Source: Balamuthia mandrillaris
Taxonomy: Eukaryota
Assembly: GCA_031835245.2 (NCBI GenBank)
Contig: JAVKOQ020000026.1
Coordinates: 62,001 to 126,000, forward strand
Direction: 5' to 3'
DNA length: 64,000 nucleotides
Of this stretch, positions 11,801-25,860 are shown in pieces. The notes beneath the pieces were generated by a model. The model saw only the letters and a list, made by a program, of their open reading frames with translations. It was not told the origin of the DNA and searched no databases. The position numbers and the translations under genes were made by a program. Within the stretch, counting starts at the first letter, position 1; each line of letters opens with the position of its first letter.

Positions 11801-14800
11801 ATGATGGAGGTGGAGGTGGCTACTGCTGCCACCACGGCCACCGAAACACTCAGGGTGGCCGTTGAGGACACTGCCGCTACGCTGGAAGAGAAGAAGAGAA
11901 GCGGCAAGGGCAGTGAGGGGATGATGGACGTGGTTCAATCGACGCCGAGGGAAGGGGATGGGAAAGAAGAGGAAGTGAAGGAAGCACAGGACGAAGTGTT
12001 GATCCAAGAGATTGTGCTTGAGGAAGAGGGTCTTGATGAGAATACGCCGCTGGGAGCGGACGAGGTCATCGTGGAACAAGTGGTCCAAGAGGAAACAGTG
12101 ACTACAGCGCTTCACAACGGCACCACCCATGACGACAAGGTAGAAGATCCGGAATTCGTGGAAGAGGAGGTCTTTGAGCTTGAAGAAGGGTTTGTCAGCG
12201 TTCTTCTCTCTCTCTCTCTCTCTCTCTCTTGCTCTCCTCTTTGCTTACGCTTTATTTAAAAGGGTAACTGTAAAGGACTACTTGCGCCACATTGACTGGC
12301 TGACTCGACTCAAGGTACTCCTTCTATCTCTTCTGTTCTTCTGCTTGCTTCGCGGTTTTGCTCTAGCCTTGGTCTTCTCTTTAATGCCTTGCTTTCTGTT
12401 TCGTTTATTTTGGGTTGTTTCATCGACAGCAAATAGAAAAGAAACGCATTGCAAAGCATTCGTTAACGGATGAAGATGAAGGAGAGAACAACAGACAAAC
12501 CTCAAGGAAAGGAGCTCGGGGCAGAAAGAAAAAAGAAGTTGGCAGAGAAGAAACCAACAAAAAACGAAGAAGGTCTCCCTCTCCACTTCATGTTGAAGCT
12601 CTGACAGACAGTGATAATGAAGAAGGTGAGAACAATAATAAGAAGAAAACGAATAAACGGTTAAAGAAACGAATGGAAACGAAGTTGAAGAAAAAGAAGC
12701 CGAGACAAATAGGCGAAAACGGAGAAAGAAATGGCTTATCTTCAGGAACGGAGGAAGAAGACATTCTATCTTCAGGCTCGTCTTCCTCTACCTCAGCGTC
12801 GTCAGATGAAGAAGGGTGGGAAAGAAAAGAACGACAACGACAGAAACAACAAAAAGTTCGTAGGCGAAGACTCTTCTCATCGCGTGACAGCAAAACTGGT
12901 AGCGATGATGACGACGAAAGAGGTATAAGTAAAATGAGGCTAAGAAGAAACAGAACGCAGAGAGAGGACGAGACAACGATGATGAGGCGGAAGCAACAGA
13001 GAAAGCAAAAGAAGCAAAAGAATTGGGACGCGTTGGATCGAAGCAACATGGAAAGAGAAGACTGGGATCCAGACGCTGACTGGCGCGCCATTCAAGAGGT
13101 GGAGTGGGAGAGAGACCCAAGAGAGGAGGCTGAAGCCAGAGCTGCCAGAGAACGGGTGAGAGAGGAGCCCATTGCCTATGTTCCCTCAGACACCGCCCTT
13201 CAGCCCAAACGACGACAATCCCTCTTTGGCAGAAAACTGAAAGAAAAAAAGCAACAAATCACGACACCAAGTTCAACTTCAGACTTGTCTGTGTTGCAAT
13301 CTCCACCATCGTCGTTATCTTCAACTACGACTGTGACAACGATCGAGACACTGCCGGATGCATTATCTTCATCTTTTACTACTTCCTCTTTGGGGTCCAC
13401 GGACGGAGTTGCACCAACGACAATAGGTGGAGATGATATCTATCGCCCTTCATCACCTACTTTACCTTCTTTTTCTACTGCTACTTCAAGCTTGAACGAA
13501 AGGGCAAAAGAATGGGAATCCATGGCGCAGGCTTTAGCTGCTGGAAAACAGCAACAACAAAAACAGTTACCGGTTACAAACGCTGAACGAGAAAAGGAGA
13601 GAGATGACAGAAGAGCTGTAGACGATGAGAAAGAGAGAACGAGTAGAAGCAGAAGGAGAACAAGAAGTAGAAGTTCTTCTAGTCGAAGCAGAAGCAGGAG
13701 TAGGGACCGAACGAGAAGACGGAGCCGCAGCTCTAGCAGCAGCAGAAGTCCGAGTAGCAGTAGAAGTAGAAGCTCCAGTCGCAGCAGAAGCAGAAGCAGA
13801 AGCAGAAGCAGAAGCAGAAGCATCAGCCACAGGAGAAGCACAAGAGATAGAAGCAGAAGCCGTCGCAGACACTCGCATAGCAGGAGCAGAAGCCCAAGCA
13901 GGAGCCGAAGCTATCGATACTCCCATTACGATGAAGATCGGCGGCACACCTCTGAAGAACAGAAGAGAAGTGTCGCTCCTGGTGCACAGACGCCACCACG
14001 ACCGCCATCAACTCCGCTTTCACAACAACCAACCCAAATGTTGCAATCAACTGCCGCCACCACTTCAACAACTGTGCCTCAGAGCAGCACCGCTGTTTCA
14101 TCAGCGATAAGACCATCGACGCCACCACGACCACGACGCACCTTTTCAACTGTGCCTCCTCCTTCTTCCCTTCATCAACAACAAAACCTTTCTTATCCTC
14201 TCTTTCCTCCATCTCCTCACCCTCATCCGCACCAGCTTGCACGACCCGCTGCATTGTCTTCCCCGTCTACAACAACATCAACAACAGGAACATACCCAAT
14301 TGGGTCTGTTGCTCCATCTTCCTCTCCCTCTGCTCCTTACCCTTACTATCCTCCTCCGCCTCCCTATCAACAACAACATCAACGTCATCTCTCCTCTCAA
14401 CCTGCTTCGCAATCTTTTTCATCGTCAAAACCGGCACCACTACCGCTTCCCCCTCCCAGTTTTTATTCTTCTCATCATCCTTATCCTCCTCCTCCTCCTT
14501 CTGCCCAGCCTTCTTTCCCCTCTTCTTCATCTTTCCCATATCCACCTGCTCCTTCTTCCTCCTTCCACCCTCCTCCACCACCTCCCTCTTCTTCCGCTTC
14601 CTTCCATCCTCCGCTCCCTTCTTCTTCCTCTCCAGCATCCCTCCAGCCCCCTCCACCTCCGCCCCCAGAAGAAAAAGGGCTCAAGAGCAAAGACGAACAA
14701 CGCAAGCTCTTCAAGAAATGGGCAGGCAAACAAGTGGTCGGCCGTCTCACCAAACATTACAAAGAGAAACGAATCACCAGCAAGGAGGACTTCAAGCATC

Positions 14801-15000
14801 TCTCCCGAGCCTTCACCCACAAGATCGTGCAGCAGGAAGAGCAGAAAGCGCAAGAGAAAGGAGGCGCGGCCAACATCCACAAACGATTCCAAACGAACAA
14901 CAAAATCGCCAACCAGATCAAACTGCTCGTCGACGATTACTTCACTCGCCACAAAGTCTACGTTCGAAACAATTCTTCTTCCAAAGAAGAAAAATTGTAA
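11801..15000 (+). CDS. RS- and Pro-rich nuclear protein with C-terminal SRI-like (Pol II CTD-binding; SCAF11/PHRF1-type) domain
   Basis: Long RS dipeptide tract; C-terminal FKKWAGKQVVGRLTKHYKEKRITSKEDFKHLSRAFTHKI...IKLLVDDYF. Confidence 0.7.
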
Positions 15001-15074
15001 TAAAAGAGAAAAGCAAAACGGTTCGAAAAAAAAGCATACTATTCCACTGAGCTTGCTCGCTCGCTTCACTTGAT

Positions 15075-17232
15075 TCATCCATCCACACTTTCAAAGTGGC
15101 GAATGGCATCATCGATGACGTTCCCTGTCTCCTCATCGCAAGCGTGGTAGCCCTCCGCGAACCTCTTTCTCTGCGGCTCGCTTGCTCCGCCGATGCGTTT
15201 CTTCTTGCTGCTCGCATTGACGTTCAACATCTCCGCTAATTTGCTCTGCTTCTCCTCCGTTGCGCGAATGGTCTCCGCAATCGCTTTGTTGCCGGCGACT
15301 TGCGTCAACAAGGAAGGGAGCACTTGCTGCGTTTCTCTGTCCACTCGAGCGAGTTCCGCCTCGATGGCGGCTCTTCCCTTCTCGTCACTGGTCACCACAA
15401 AGTGGTCGTGCAACTTTACTCGCTGCTCATGAAGGTCTTTCCAGTGATAGAGCAAATCTTGAATGGCAGAAGACGAGGAAGAAGAGGAGGAAGGAGAGAT
15501 AGAGAGATGGAAGCGAAGGTAAAGTATGGCGAGGAGAAAGGCTGCAAAGTAGGCGGCCACCAGGAGAAGAGGCTCCTGCAGCATGCTCGTCGTAGCAAAG
15601 GAGTAACGCACCTGGAAGGCTTGGTCGTGTTCCGCTACCACGTTACGTTTGTGGAGAATGACGACGGTGCGGCCTGCTGTGTCGAGGTACGTCTTATGGA
15701 TGGCTGTGCTTTGGTCATCAATGGAGAATGGGGTAGTCACTTCAATATCTCTGTTTTTTTTGTTTCGGTTGTTATATTTGGTTAAGAAAGTAAGAGAAGA
15801 TGATGAAGAAAACGAAGAAGGGAAATGACAACAACGAAAAGAAGAAGAAAGAAGAAAATCGTACTTGGCACCCTCAGGGAGAATGACACGAATGGTAAGA
15901 TCATCTACCACAACATCAACACCGCTGAACTTCCTTCCAAAGCCAACCTCTAATACTATCTTCCCGGTTTGCTCCTCCTTCCTCACAAACTGCTCCAATG
16001 GGAGGTCATAGCCGAGGTAGAACTTGGTCTTCCATCCTCCCGCCAATGGGAAGCGAGGCGTGATATCAAAGATGAGGTTGCCGTCCTCTACACGAACGGT
16101 GGAGGTGGAGATGTTACCAATCTCATCGCGGTAGTAGAGGTCGTGTGCCACACGAGGCAGAACAAGCCCAAACCTGTCAGCAGAGTTGGAGACAAGACTG
16201 CGGTGCATCATCACATCAAGGCGGGAATAGGGACCCTCCAACTGGGCACCCTCATTGCGGAGGGAGTCGTAGTGCTCCTCGATGTTGATGTTGCCCCAGT
16301 GAGACACTTCCACGAGTCTTGTAAGACTTGTGGCTGTTAAGAATGGCTATTCATTTGTGATATTAGCAAAAAGAAACGAAACAAAAAAAAGAAGAAAAAT
16401 GAAGCTAAGACGAGGGAAGACGAGCTCGTTTTCTCACCTGGCGAGTGGGGAAGTGGAGCCTCATGGCAGAGAAAGAGAGAGCAGGAAGATCCTGATAAGG
16501 GCCATAAGTGATGGTATCGCCCTTGACGGAGGTGGGTGGGTGCTCACTGTGGCTCTCCGTTTTGCCGCTCGGCAACTTGACTACCGTTTTTTGGCTTTGG
16601 GAGGGATAGGGAGAGAGGAAAAAGTGGCTGCCACTTTGCTCGTAGACCACCAGTTGGGGCTCGCCTTGGCTGATCTTCTCTGGGAAGGGGCGAAGCACGT
16701 GCGTGAAGACATAGAGGACGTTCAGGTTGAGAGTGCCTTTGCTCTGAAGGGGCTTAGTTAGGTGCACCTTGTGAAGGTGGTACCTGATGACAGCGAGAAG
16801 AGTTAGAACGTGTGGAATGAGGAGAAAGTGAGAAGAGCGACGAAAGAAGAGGTGAGGGAAAGCAATGAGAAGAGAAGATGAGCGAAGAATAAAAAGAAAG
16901 CGAAAGAATGCAAACCTAAGACCAGAGGCAACGTCAAGTTGTTCACCAGAGGAGGTGTCCACCACAAAGTCAACGCGAGCGTCCACGTCAGTGACACGGA
17001 TGAAGGCGAGGTGGGCCTCCGCCTCGCTCTCTACCGCCAAGTAAAAATGAGGGGCGGGCTGGCTGCCGCTGTTGCTAAGGGTGAACGTGGTATTGTGTCT
17101 CACGATGCTCGAGAGGAGGTCCACCTTCCGCTGCACGTTGCCCAGCTGCAGTTGGCCCAGGTCGTTGATGTTGGTGGCCAAAGCCAGTGCGACGAAAAAG
17201 AGACAACAAACGAGTGCGATGGCTGACTTCAT
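15075..17232 (-). CDS. RPN1: Ribophorin I (oligosaccharyltransferase subunit Ost1); multi-exon
   Basis: Signal peptide; PFPEKISQGEPQLV, TYGPY, EVSHWGNINIEEHY, YYRDEIGNISTS, PRFPLAGGWK, ILPEGA, TYLDTAGR, QEPLLLV followed by a TM helix. Confidence 0.93.
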
Positions 17233-17983
17233 TTTTGTTTTCTGGGTTGTTCTGTTTCGGAAGAACAAATCAGTCGCTGTTGATAATTTAAAAAAGATCA
17301 AAAAAAAAGTGTAGCAAAGTTTTTTTTGCGTGAAACCTTATTTTTTTCCAAAACGTGCAGCAGGAAGAGGTTGGCGACTTTTTTTTGAATAACAACGAGA
17401 AGCGATGGCGTGAGACCCCAGCTACAATCTAATCGACCACCGCACAACCCGCTGTTGTTTGAATCAATCAATCTCGTCACTCCTCTCTTCTCTCTTCTCA
17501 CAACAAAAAAAAAATATCTAAAAAACAAGAAGATGACTCCTCGTGATGTCGGCACATATTGCTGTTTGAATATTCATTGGACCACGCATTTTGAAAAACG
17601 AACTATGAATGTTCATTGGATAATTTGATCTGGACAGTGAACGATCTTTTCACTTTGATTTTCCATTGGTTGAACTGGACCCACCAATGAAAAAAGGCCT
17701 GTGAGGAATGAAACAAGAAACTAATATATAGGCGACGAGATTGAAAAAGAGGAGACTTTTCTGTTTCTCTCTCTGAAGTTTTTCACTTCATTCCTGGCCG
17801 CCTTCCTGCCTATTTAATATCCTCTTCGCCAAAAAAAAAAAAAAAACCGTTTTGTTTGTTTGTGTGACGTAGAAGTTCTACGAGCATACGAAACATCCTA
17901 AAGCCATTATAGCGTTTACAGCTATCATCGATCATTACATACTCTGTTTTTTTTAATTTTTTTTTCTCCGTCGCGTTTTACCA

Positions 17984-20900
17984 ATGGAAGAAACCATAAA
18001 CCAAGACGTCGCTCCGGTCCAACAACAACAGCAGCAGCAACCACCGATGGATCCCAAGTTAGCGTTGGTCCATTTCCTCCTCAGCAGCAAGCTCCAGGAC
18101 AAAAGCGAGCACCGCTCTCTCGCCTATTGCCAGGCCCTCTTCCAGCTCTGCCAGCAGCAGGCTCTCTTCGTGCCGGCAGCGGAAGGAGAGGGGCCAGCGG
18201 CTGCCGGCGACGAGGAGGAGTTTCTCTTGAAGACGGCCCTCTGGACGAGAACCGAGCTGAAGCTGGCTCACGTCGCTCTTTTCCTGCTGGCGGTCGATGC
18301 CGTGCTCCGTCGCCTGCACATGAATGAGAAAGGAGGAGAAGGAGAAGAACAAGGAGGAGAAGGGGAAGAAGAGGTGAAAACGGCGACGAAGAAGATGAGA
18401 AGGATGAGTGTGACGGTGAAGGAGGAGGTGCTGCGAAAGAGACGGCAGAGAGAACTTTCCTTTGTGCAGTACTTTCAGAAGATCGTGGTTTTGCCTCAAG
18501 GTACACTTTTTTTTTCCTGTTCTTTTTTTCTTTTTTCTGTTTTCTTTCAAACTCATTTTTCTCTCTCTCTCTCTCTCTTCTCTTTAACAAAAACAGATCT
18601 GCTAACCGTGTGTGACGACTTCAACGACATCGTCAGCGCCTTCATCCATGCTTCTTCTTCTTGTGCTTCTTCTTCTTCTTCTTCTTCTTCTTCTTCTTCT
18701 TCTTCTTCTTCTTCTTCTTCTTCAACAAATGGATTACGAGTGAATTGCTATCCCACATTCCTCCGAGCTGCAGTTCAACAAAAGTTTGCTAGCTTTCACG
18801 TGAAGGACCTGCTGCTCTTCAACAAGGACAAGCAGATACAGCACCAGTGCCGTCGTCGAAGGCACTTTGAACGTAAAAGAGAGGAAGCAGAGCAGAAGGC
18901 CGCCGCAAAGATGACGTTAGAAGAAGAAGAAGCAACCAAAGCAGAAGAAGAAAACAAAATGACCATTGTGGAAGAAGAAAAGAAGGAAGAAAAGGCGACG
19001 ACAACGACAACGGCGGTGAAGCTAACGAAAGAACAAAGGGAGGAGAAGAAGAAGCAAAAGAAAAGAATGCAGAGAAAGAAGATGAAGCTTAAGCTTAAGC
19101 AGAGGAAGCAGGAGGAGAAAGCGAAAGCGAGCTGCAAGGCCGTTTCGCTGAGAGTGAGCTGCGAGAATCGTCCGATGACGTTGAGCTATCTGGTGAAGAG
19201 GCTGCATTTGTCGAGTCCCGCTGAGAACGTGTTGGCTGTTTTGGGCAAGAGGTATCCTGCCACCATTCAAGAGTTTTTGAAAAGGTCGGTTTCTTTTCTT
19301 TTGTTCTTTTATACTCTCTTTCTCTCTCTCTCTCTCTCTTGCTCTCTCTCTCACACAACCAAACTTGAAACAGTGGTTTGAAAGGACCGTTTGATCCATC
19401 CAAAGCCGGACAACGTCTCAACCAGTTAAGCTTTTGGGTGACAACGGACGATGCCTCACAGACTGCCTCTTCGGATACAACAGCAACGTTACCTCTATCT
19501 TTTGTTGGAGAACAAAACAGCAACAACAAAAAGAAGAGAAAGTTCTCGGAGACGGAAAAAGAATGGCACAAGCACGTTCGACTTTATCCTAACGATGCGA
19601 AGAAAGTTATAGCTGCCATTACTAGGAGAGCAGAAGAGGAAGAAGAGGAAGAAGAACAGGGAGAAGCAGCCCCTATTTCGCCTTTTCTCTACAGCCTCGA
19701 GAACTTGTGTTCCATTGCCAAGCAAGAGCGTACGTTCTCTCCCTCCCCCCCTCTCTCTTTCTCTTTCATAATGTCATGTCCCTAAACAAACGTTACAGAT
19801 ATGAAGAGAAAGCAACTTCGAAGAGCAATCATCAACGAACGCAGAGGAACGAGGAGCGATGGCTCGGCCAGCACCTCCAGTCTTGCCCTCACCAGGCTTT
19901 TGAAAGACCTGAAAGAGCTGCAGCGGGACCCATTACCCAATTGTACCGCCTTGCCTTTGCCTAATGACATCTTCACTTGGCATGCCAATAGTATGTGCTC
20001 CTTCTTTCTTTCTTTCTGTCTTTCCTTCTTTCTTTTTCTTCTTTCTATTTTTTCTCTTCGTTTGCTTCATTCTTGCTTTCTTGTTTCGTCTTTTGTCTTT
20101 CTTCATATCTAACCTTCTTTTTTCTCTTTGCTTACCCCAGTTCGTACGGACGAGACGACTTGCTTCCATCTCATCATACGTTTTCCCCGAACGTATCCGA
20201 TGGAGCCGCCCATCGTGAAGCTCTGCACCTTCTTGCCTCATCCAAACGTCTTCCACAGCAGACAAGGAGACGTTCGTTCGCTGGCAGTCTTTGTGCAAGA
20301 GTACGCTCGCAACATGACTGCTGCTGCTGCTTCTTCATCCACAGCCACCTCTTCAACAGCACAAAAGACAGAGAGAAGACTTGAAGAAGAAGGAGATCAT
20401 TACTACGTGTGTTTGGACATGCTGGAACCACCGGATGAGGACGAGAAGACGCCCTACAGAGGGTGGAGTTCGGCCTATTCGGTACATTCGTTGCTGATGC
20501 AGCTGCAGTCTTTTCTGTTGGATGAGTCGCGTCAATGGGTACTTTCTTTCTTCTTGCTTTTCGTTCTTCTTTCTTCTGCTTTCTTCTCTTCTTCTTTTCT
20601 CCTCTTCTTCTCACTGTTAAAACCAAAACCACCAACAGGCCACTGCAAAGATGGGAGACTTCAACGATGCCGTTCGTCACGCAAAACAATTCGAGTGTGA
20701 ACAATGCGGACACAAAGGAGAATCTCCATTCGGTCATTGGCCCGCCTTCCCAACGGCTGCTCAACTCGAACAACACTCTCAACGCAAGAAGGTGGTTCGC
20801 TTTCATTCTTCCATGTTGCCTCCTTCCGCTTACGATACCACTGGTGAAAAAGAGAAGGAGAAAGAGACGGAAAAAGAGAGAAGAAGTATGAAACGAAAGA

Positions 20901-23062
20901 GAGGAGAAGAAGAGGAAGAAGAAGAGGTTGAAGAACAAGAACAAGAAAAAGCGGATCGAGGAAGAGTGGATTGGACGGAAGAGGTTCAAAAACTGATCAC
21001 GAAGAATAGGCGACTCGTGCTTCATCGCATTCTTTCTCAAAAATTGGCTCTTCCTGCTTTGGAAGTAACGGAGAATAAGAAAGAGAAGGAGAAAGAGAAG
21101 GAAAAAGAGATAGAAGAAGAGGAACATTCGTCTTATGGCAACTTTGATGGATTGCCATACGAAGTGATGATTCACATTCTTTCATTCTTGTCGGCTCGCG
21201 ACCTTCTCTCTGCTGCTTCTACTTGTCGTGCTCTGTATTCTCTTTGTGAAGGTACCTTTTTCTGCTTCTTCTTCCTCCTTCTCTTCTTCTTCATTTCTCT
21301 CTAACTCTCTTTTTTTCTTTCAGATGGTTGGCTTTGGAAAGACCTGTTTTCCATTCATCATCCAGAAAGCAAACTGACGGCTCAAAACATGGCTGAATGG
21401 AAGCTTGTCTTCGAGACGGAGCGAAACCAAATCGACAGAGACCTTTGCTGTTATGTCAACAAGACTGGACCCACCGAAGACGTTTTGGGCGTTCCTGTTG
21501 TTTACACCATTAATCCCAGGTAACCCCTTTATTCCTTCTTCTTCTTCTTCTTCTTCTTCTTCTTCTTCTTCTTCTTCTTCTTCTTCTCTCTTTACTTATT
21601 CATTCTTCTATATTTAATTGTTTGCTTTTGAAATACAGAACGAAGCAAGTGGACTATATTAGCAGCACGTTGGACATTCTCTCAGCTACAGCCTTTCATC
21701 GTTACGGCACGCGAGTAAGCGTTTGGAACGAGGACTTTAGCGATTGGCTTCCTCTCTACATCTCTGAAGAGCACTTTAGGAGAGCTTTGCCCTATTTCAA
21801 GGTTTGTGTTTCATCTCTCTTCTTTCTTCTTTCTGTCTTCATAGTTTTTTGTTAACGACGATGTTTTTATGTTTAGAAAACGATTGTGAAGCTGTGTCCA
21901 AGCTGGAACAAGCAGCCACCATCATCCACTGCTTCTTCAACGAAAGTAATGAGCAACAGAGCTTTGAAGAGAAAGTTGTGGAAAGCCAAAAGCTTGAAGA
22001 AGAGCAAAGAAGCAACTACTCAAACAACAGAAGAAAAAGTGGTTGAGATGGAAAAAGTCGATGAAGAAACAGAAAAAGAAGAGAAAGGCAAAGAGAAAGA
22101 GGAATCCACTGTTGCTTCTTCATCTGCCTCTGCTCCTGCCTCTTCTTCAACGATGGAATTGGAAGCTTCTGAGGAGAAAGAAAAAGAAGAAGAAAAAGAA
22201 AAAGAAAAAGAAAGCAAGTCTTTGGAAGTGGAAGAAGGCGGCTTCCACCCCGAAATGGTGTTGGATGTAAGTAACTTTCTTACTTTCCTTGTTGTACTCG
22301 CTATTTAACTCACTTCCTTCTGTTCTGTTTTTTGAAAAAGGTGTTGCCGAAGCTGATGATGACGATGGTGGTGTTGATCGCGGACAAAGGCACGCATGCC
22401 TCCATTCGTGCATTGCAAGGCTACGCCGCGTTTCATCGTCTGCTGATGGCGTTCTTGAAGCTCTATCCTTCTCTTCAAGAAGTGGTGGAGGAGCGCATTC
22501 GCTCTTTTTGTACGTCGGAAGAGGCTCGCCACAAGGATGTACGTCTACACTCTCTATGACATGTTTTCTTCTCGCTCCTGCTCTCGCTCTCTCTCTCTCT
22601 CTCTTGTTTTTTTTTTTTGTTCTCATTCTTCTCTGTGCTATCGCAGCAATGCCCTTCGCTTGGAAACTGGCTTCCATTGTTGACGGTGAGCGAAAAGTAC
22701 AAATGGGAAGACGTGGCGGACTGCTATCTCCGAGAGAACTTTGACCGTAATGCTCTTTGGATCTGCAAAGATGAACCACGTCTGGCCAACATAGCATTAC
22801 CTGGAGCTGAACCGGTAAGTTATTTTACTTCATTTTTTTAACTTTCTTCTTGCTTTCACTCTTTGCTTTTGTTAAAAATGTTGGCTCTACCTCTCTTTAT
22901 TATAGGATACCACTGAGATGGAACAGCTGAGAATCTCCCAAGGATGGATCTCGACAAAAGTCAGCAAACGCCTTTTAATGTTCCAGGTGTATTTCTTGGT
23001 GAACGTAAGTCTTTTTTCTTTCCTCCTCAGTTCTGTATTTGTCTTTTTGATATTGACTCTCT

Positions 23063-23108
<46 letters not shown>

Positions 23109-24121
23109 AAAGGTGGCACGACCCAAAGGAATGTCGCTGGCACAGGTGGCAAGGTACTATGACCGTTATTTGGGGGCACCGAGCTACGCCCAGCAACTGG
23201 CTCTTCAGTCGTACATCAAGCGCATTCTGGAGGTCGATTCTTGGGAGTACGTTATTCCTCTCTCCTTTCTATCTTTGCTCTCATTTTCTTACGTTGCTGC
23301 TCTTCTGTTTCATAGCGAGTTTTGGACCACAATGCACATGGAAGTGCCATCAGCGCCTCAACTCGCGCAAATGCTGCGCGATGGCGTCTGCAACTCTCTT
23401 CGAAGGGGTTATCATGCGGCTGATACCGATTGGAGCGCCATTCAAAAGAGCGGTGTCTCCAAGATCCTTCGTCAGGGAGAGTCCTACGTTGCTTCTCCTG
23501 ATCTCGACGAGGTATTGATGAAACTTGGGTGGAACTATCAAAGGCTCAACGCTGTACCTCGACGCCTCTTGCTTCGCCTACAGCGACGAAGGTAAAGAGC
23601 TGGATGTCGTTGATTTCCAACATCGTCTTGCCCTCGATAAAGCCATCGTTCATTCCGGTTCGTTCTGCTTTCTTTCTTTCTTCTCTCTTTCTTCCTTCTT
23701 CCTTCTTTCTTCTCTCTTCTCACATTATGAAACAACAGGAGATGTAATGAATGCTGCCAAGCAATCCGGAGAACACACCGTCACCATCCATCTCCACAGC
23801 CTTCCGGCCAACTGCACCTCTCTCTGGCTGGCCATCAGCGGGTGGACCACCACGCTGGCCGGCGTGGAGCACCCTTGGGTCAGCCTGACGGATCCCCGCG
23901 ATGGCTTCGAGCTCTGCCGATACTCCTTGGAGCAAACCGGAAACTACATCTCGGTGGTGATGTGCAAGTTGGCCCGAACCAAGGCGGATCCGAAGAGATG
24001 GAAGGTGGTCGCCATCGGAAAGATGGGCAACGGCAGGGTGAGCAACTACGTGCCGCTTCGTCGTGACATTGCTTCTCTTATTGAGCAAGAGAAGAAAGCA
24101 CGCGAGGCAAGGTTCATCTAA
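17984..24121 (+). CDS. Multidomain protein: TEP1/TROVE-like segment + ubiquitin-conjugating (E2) domain + CxxC-H motif + F-box + uncharacterised domain + TerD; many exons; apparent frameshift near 23540
   Basis: TLSYLVKRLHLSSPAENVLAVLGKRYP..GPFDPSKAGQRL; RLLKDLKEL, FPRTYPMEPP, HPNVF, VCLDML, GWSSAYSV; GLPYEVMIHILSFL; YLDASCF, AIVHSGD, GEHTVTIHL. Confidence 0.75.
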
Positions 24122-24199
24122 AGCAAGAGAGAGAGAGAGAGAGAGAGAGAGAGCAAAGATAAAAATGCTTTTCTTTCTTTTCTCTTTACTTTTTTGTTT

Positions 24200-25860
24200 T
24201 TAAGGGAGTAACGGTTCGATATCAGAGTCAGAAATATCAGAAGATCTGTTGTGACGATGAGTCCCAACGATGGTTTTGTGAGAGCTTCCTCCTTCACCAC
24301 CACCATGCAAACTTGTGTAGACGAACGAGGAAGAGGGAGTGGAAGAAGACGAGGAACCCGGATGAATGGCCAGAGGATCGGCTTCGGAGTAGAGGTACTC
24401 ATCCGCTGCACTTTGAGAGAAGCTGACACCGCGCGTCTTTTGGCGTTGGAACTCGTTGCTGTTCTTTCGATAGAACACGTATCTTTGAATGATGAAAAGG
24501 ATTTCAAAGAGGATGGCCTCAACAGCCAAAAGGAACTTTGGAAAGTTGCCTGTTATCTCCGCTGCGTGATCTGTTTGTTGTTTTGTTGGTTTAACAAGGG
24601 TAAAAAAAAAAAGAAAACAGAGCAAAACAAAAACGCACGTGTATCAATCGCCAACAAGATCATATGCAAAGTGGAGCAAATGCCACCACCCAAGTCCAAG
24701 AAGACATAACCCAAGCTCAACCCGGTGACCGCCTTCTGCCTGAAATGGAGCCACGCCTGAGGGGCGTATTTCAGGAAGCTGGAGGCCGTCTTGAACATGC
24801 CCAACACTGTTAATGCCATCAACCAGGAGCCCTGCGTGCCCATTGCTGGAGTGGCACCAAAGATGACGAGAGCCACCGCTGTTATGGCCATAAGCAGAAG
24901 AATGACTTTGCAGCTGAGAGAGATTTTTGTTTGGAGTGGAGTCTGCAACATGGTTAGAAAGATGAAGACTGAAAGAGATACAACAATAAAGAAAGAAGGG
25001 ACGAGAAGTAAAAGAAGAAGAGGGAGAAGAATACTTCATTGCGCCGGTAGAGAAAGATTTGAGTGAGTTGCATAAGACAGGCAAAGAAGCCGTGAATGGT
25101 GAAGATGACGTCCTGTATCCGAACTGGCACTTCCTCTCCATGATGCTTTTCTCGATACTGATATTTTAAAAATGTATATATTTGTTCGATATTTCAGTTA
25201 TTTAACTAACTGGAAGAAGGCGGAGAAAGAGGGCGCAAGAATGGAGAAAACGTGAAGGAACGAAAGAAGAGGATTTGAGAAGAGCAGAGAATCGCGAATA
25301 GGAGAAGAGAGCAAGAAGCTTCTGAAGAGAGAGAGAGAGAGAGAGAGAGAGAACGCGAACGAGAGAAGAGAAAGAACACAAGAACGACAACATGAGCAAA
25401 AGAGAACGGAGAGAACCAAAGCAGACACAACATCAAAACAACAAGCAGAAGAAGAAGGAGAAGAGAATAGTAATAACCTCACGGCGAATGTCTTCGTTCC
25501 AATACAAGTTTAAGTTGAAGACAAGGTAGCAAGCATACCCAAAAGTGTTATAACATACAAAGTCCATCGACCAACCCAACACGCTTTTGTTTTTGGGTTT
25601 TAGCATACGGATTTTTTTTAAAAAAAAAATAAATAGGACCACAAAAACGAACCTTTGATTTCTCCAATTTTTCCAGATCTACCGAAGGATGGAAAAAAAA
25701 AAAGAGAAGAGAAGAAACATTAAGGAGTAAATCTTTTTTTTTTTCTTTTTGGGAAAAAGAGAGGGAGAGAGCGAGGCCGAACCTGAGGATAGTAACAAAC
25801 TCCCCACATGCAAAAATAAGCCCAGCCAACAATCTCGATCGGGATGGCTAACCACGTCAT
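24200..25860 (-). CDS. CTNS: Cystinosin/Ers1-like PQ-loop lysosomal transporter; multi-exon
   Basis: First exon MTWLAIPIEIVGWAYFCMWGVCYYPQ; GWSMDFVCYN; KYAPQAW..GLSLGYVFLDLGGG; GNFPKFLL; C-terminal DIEPLL dileucine-type sorting motif. Confidence 0.8.
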
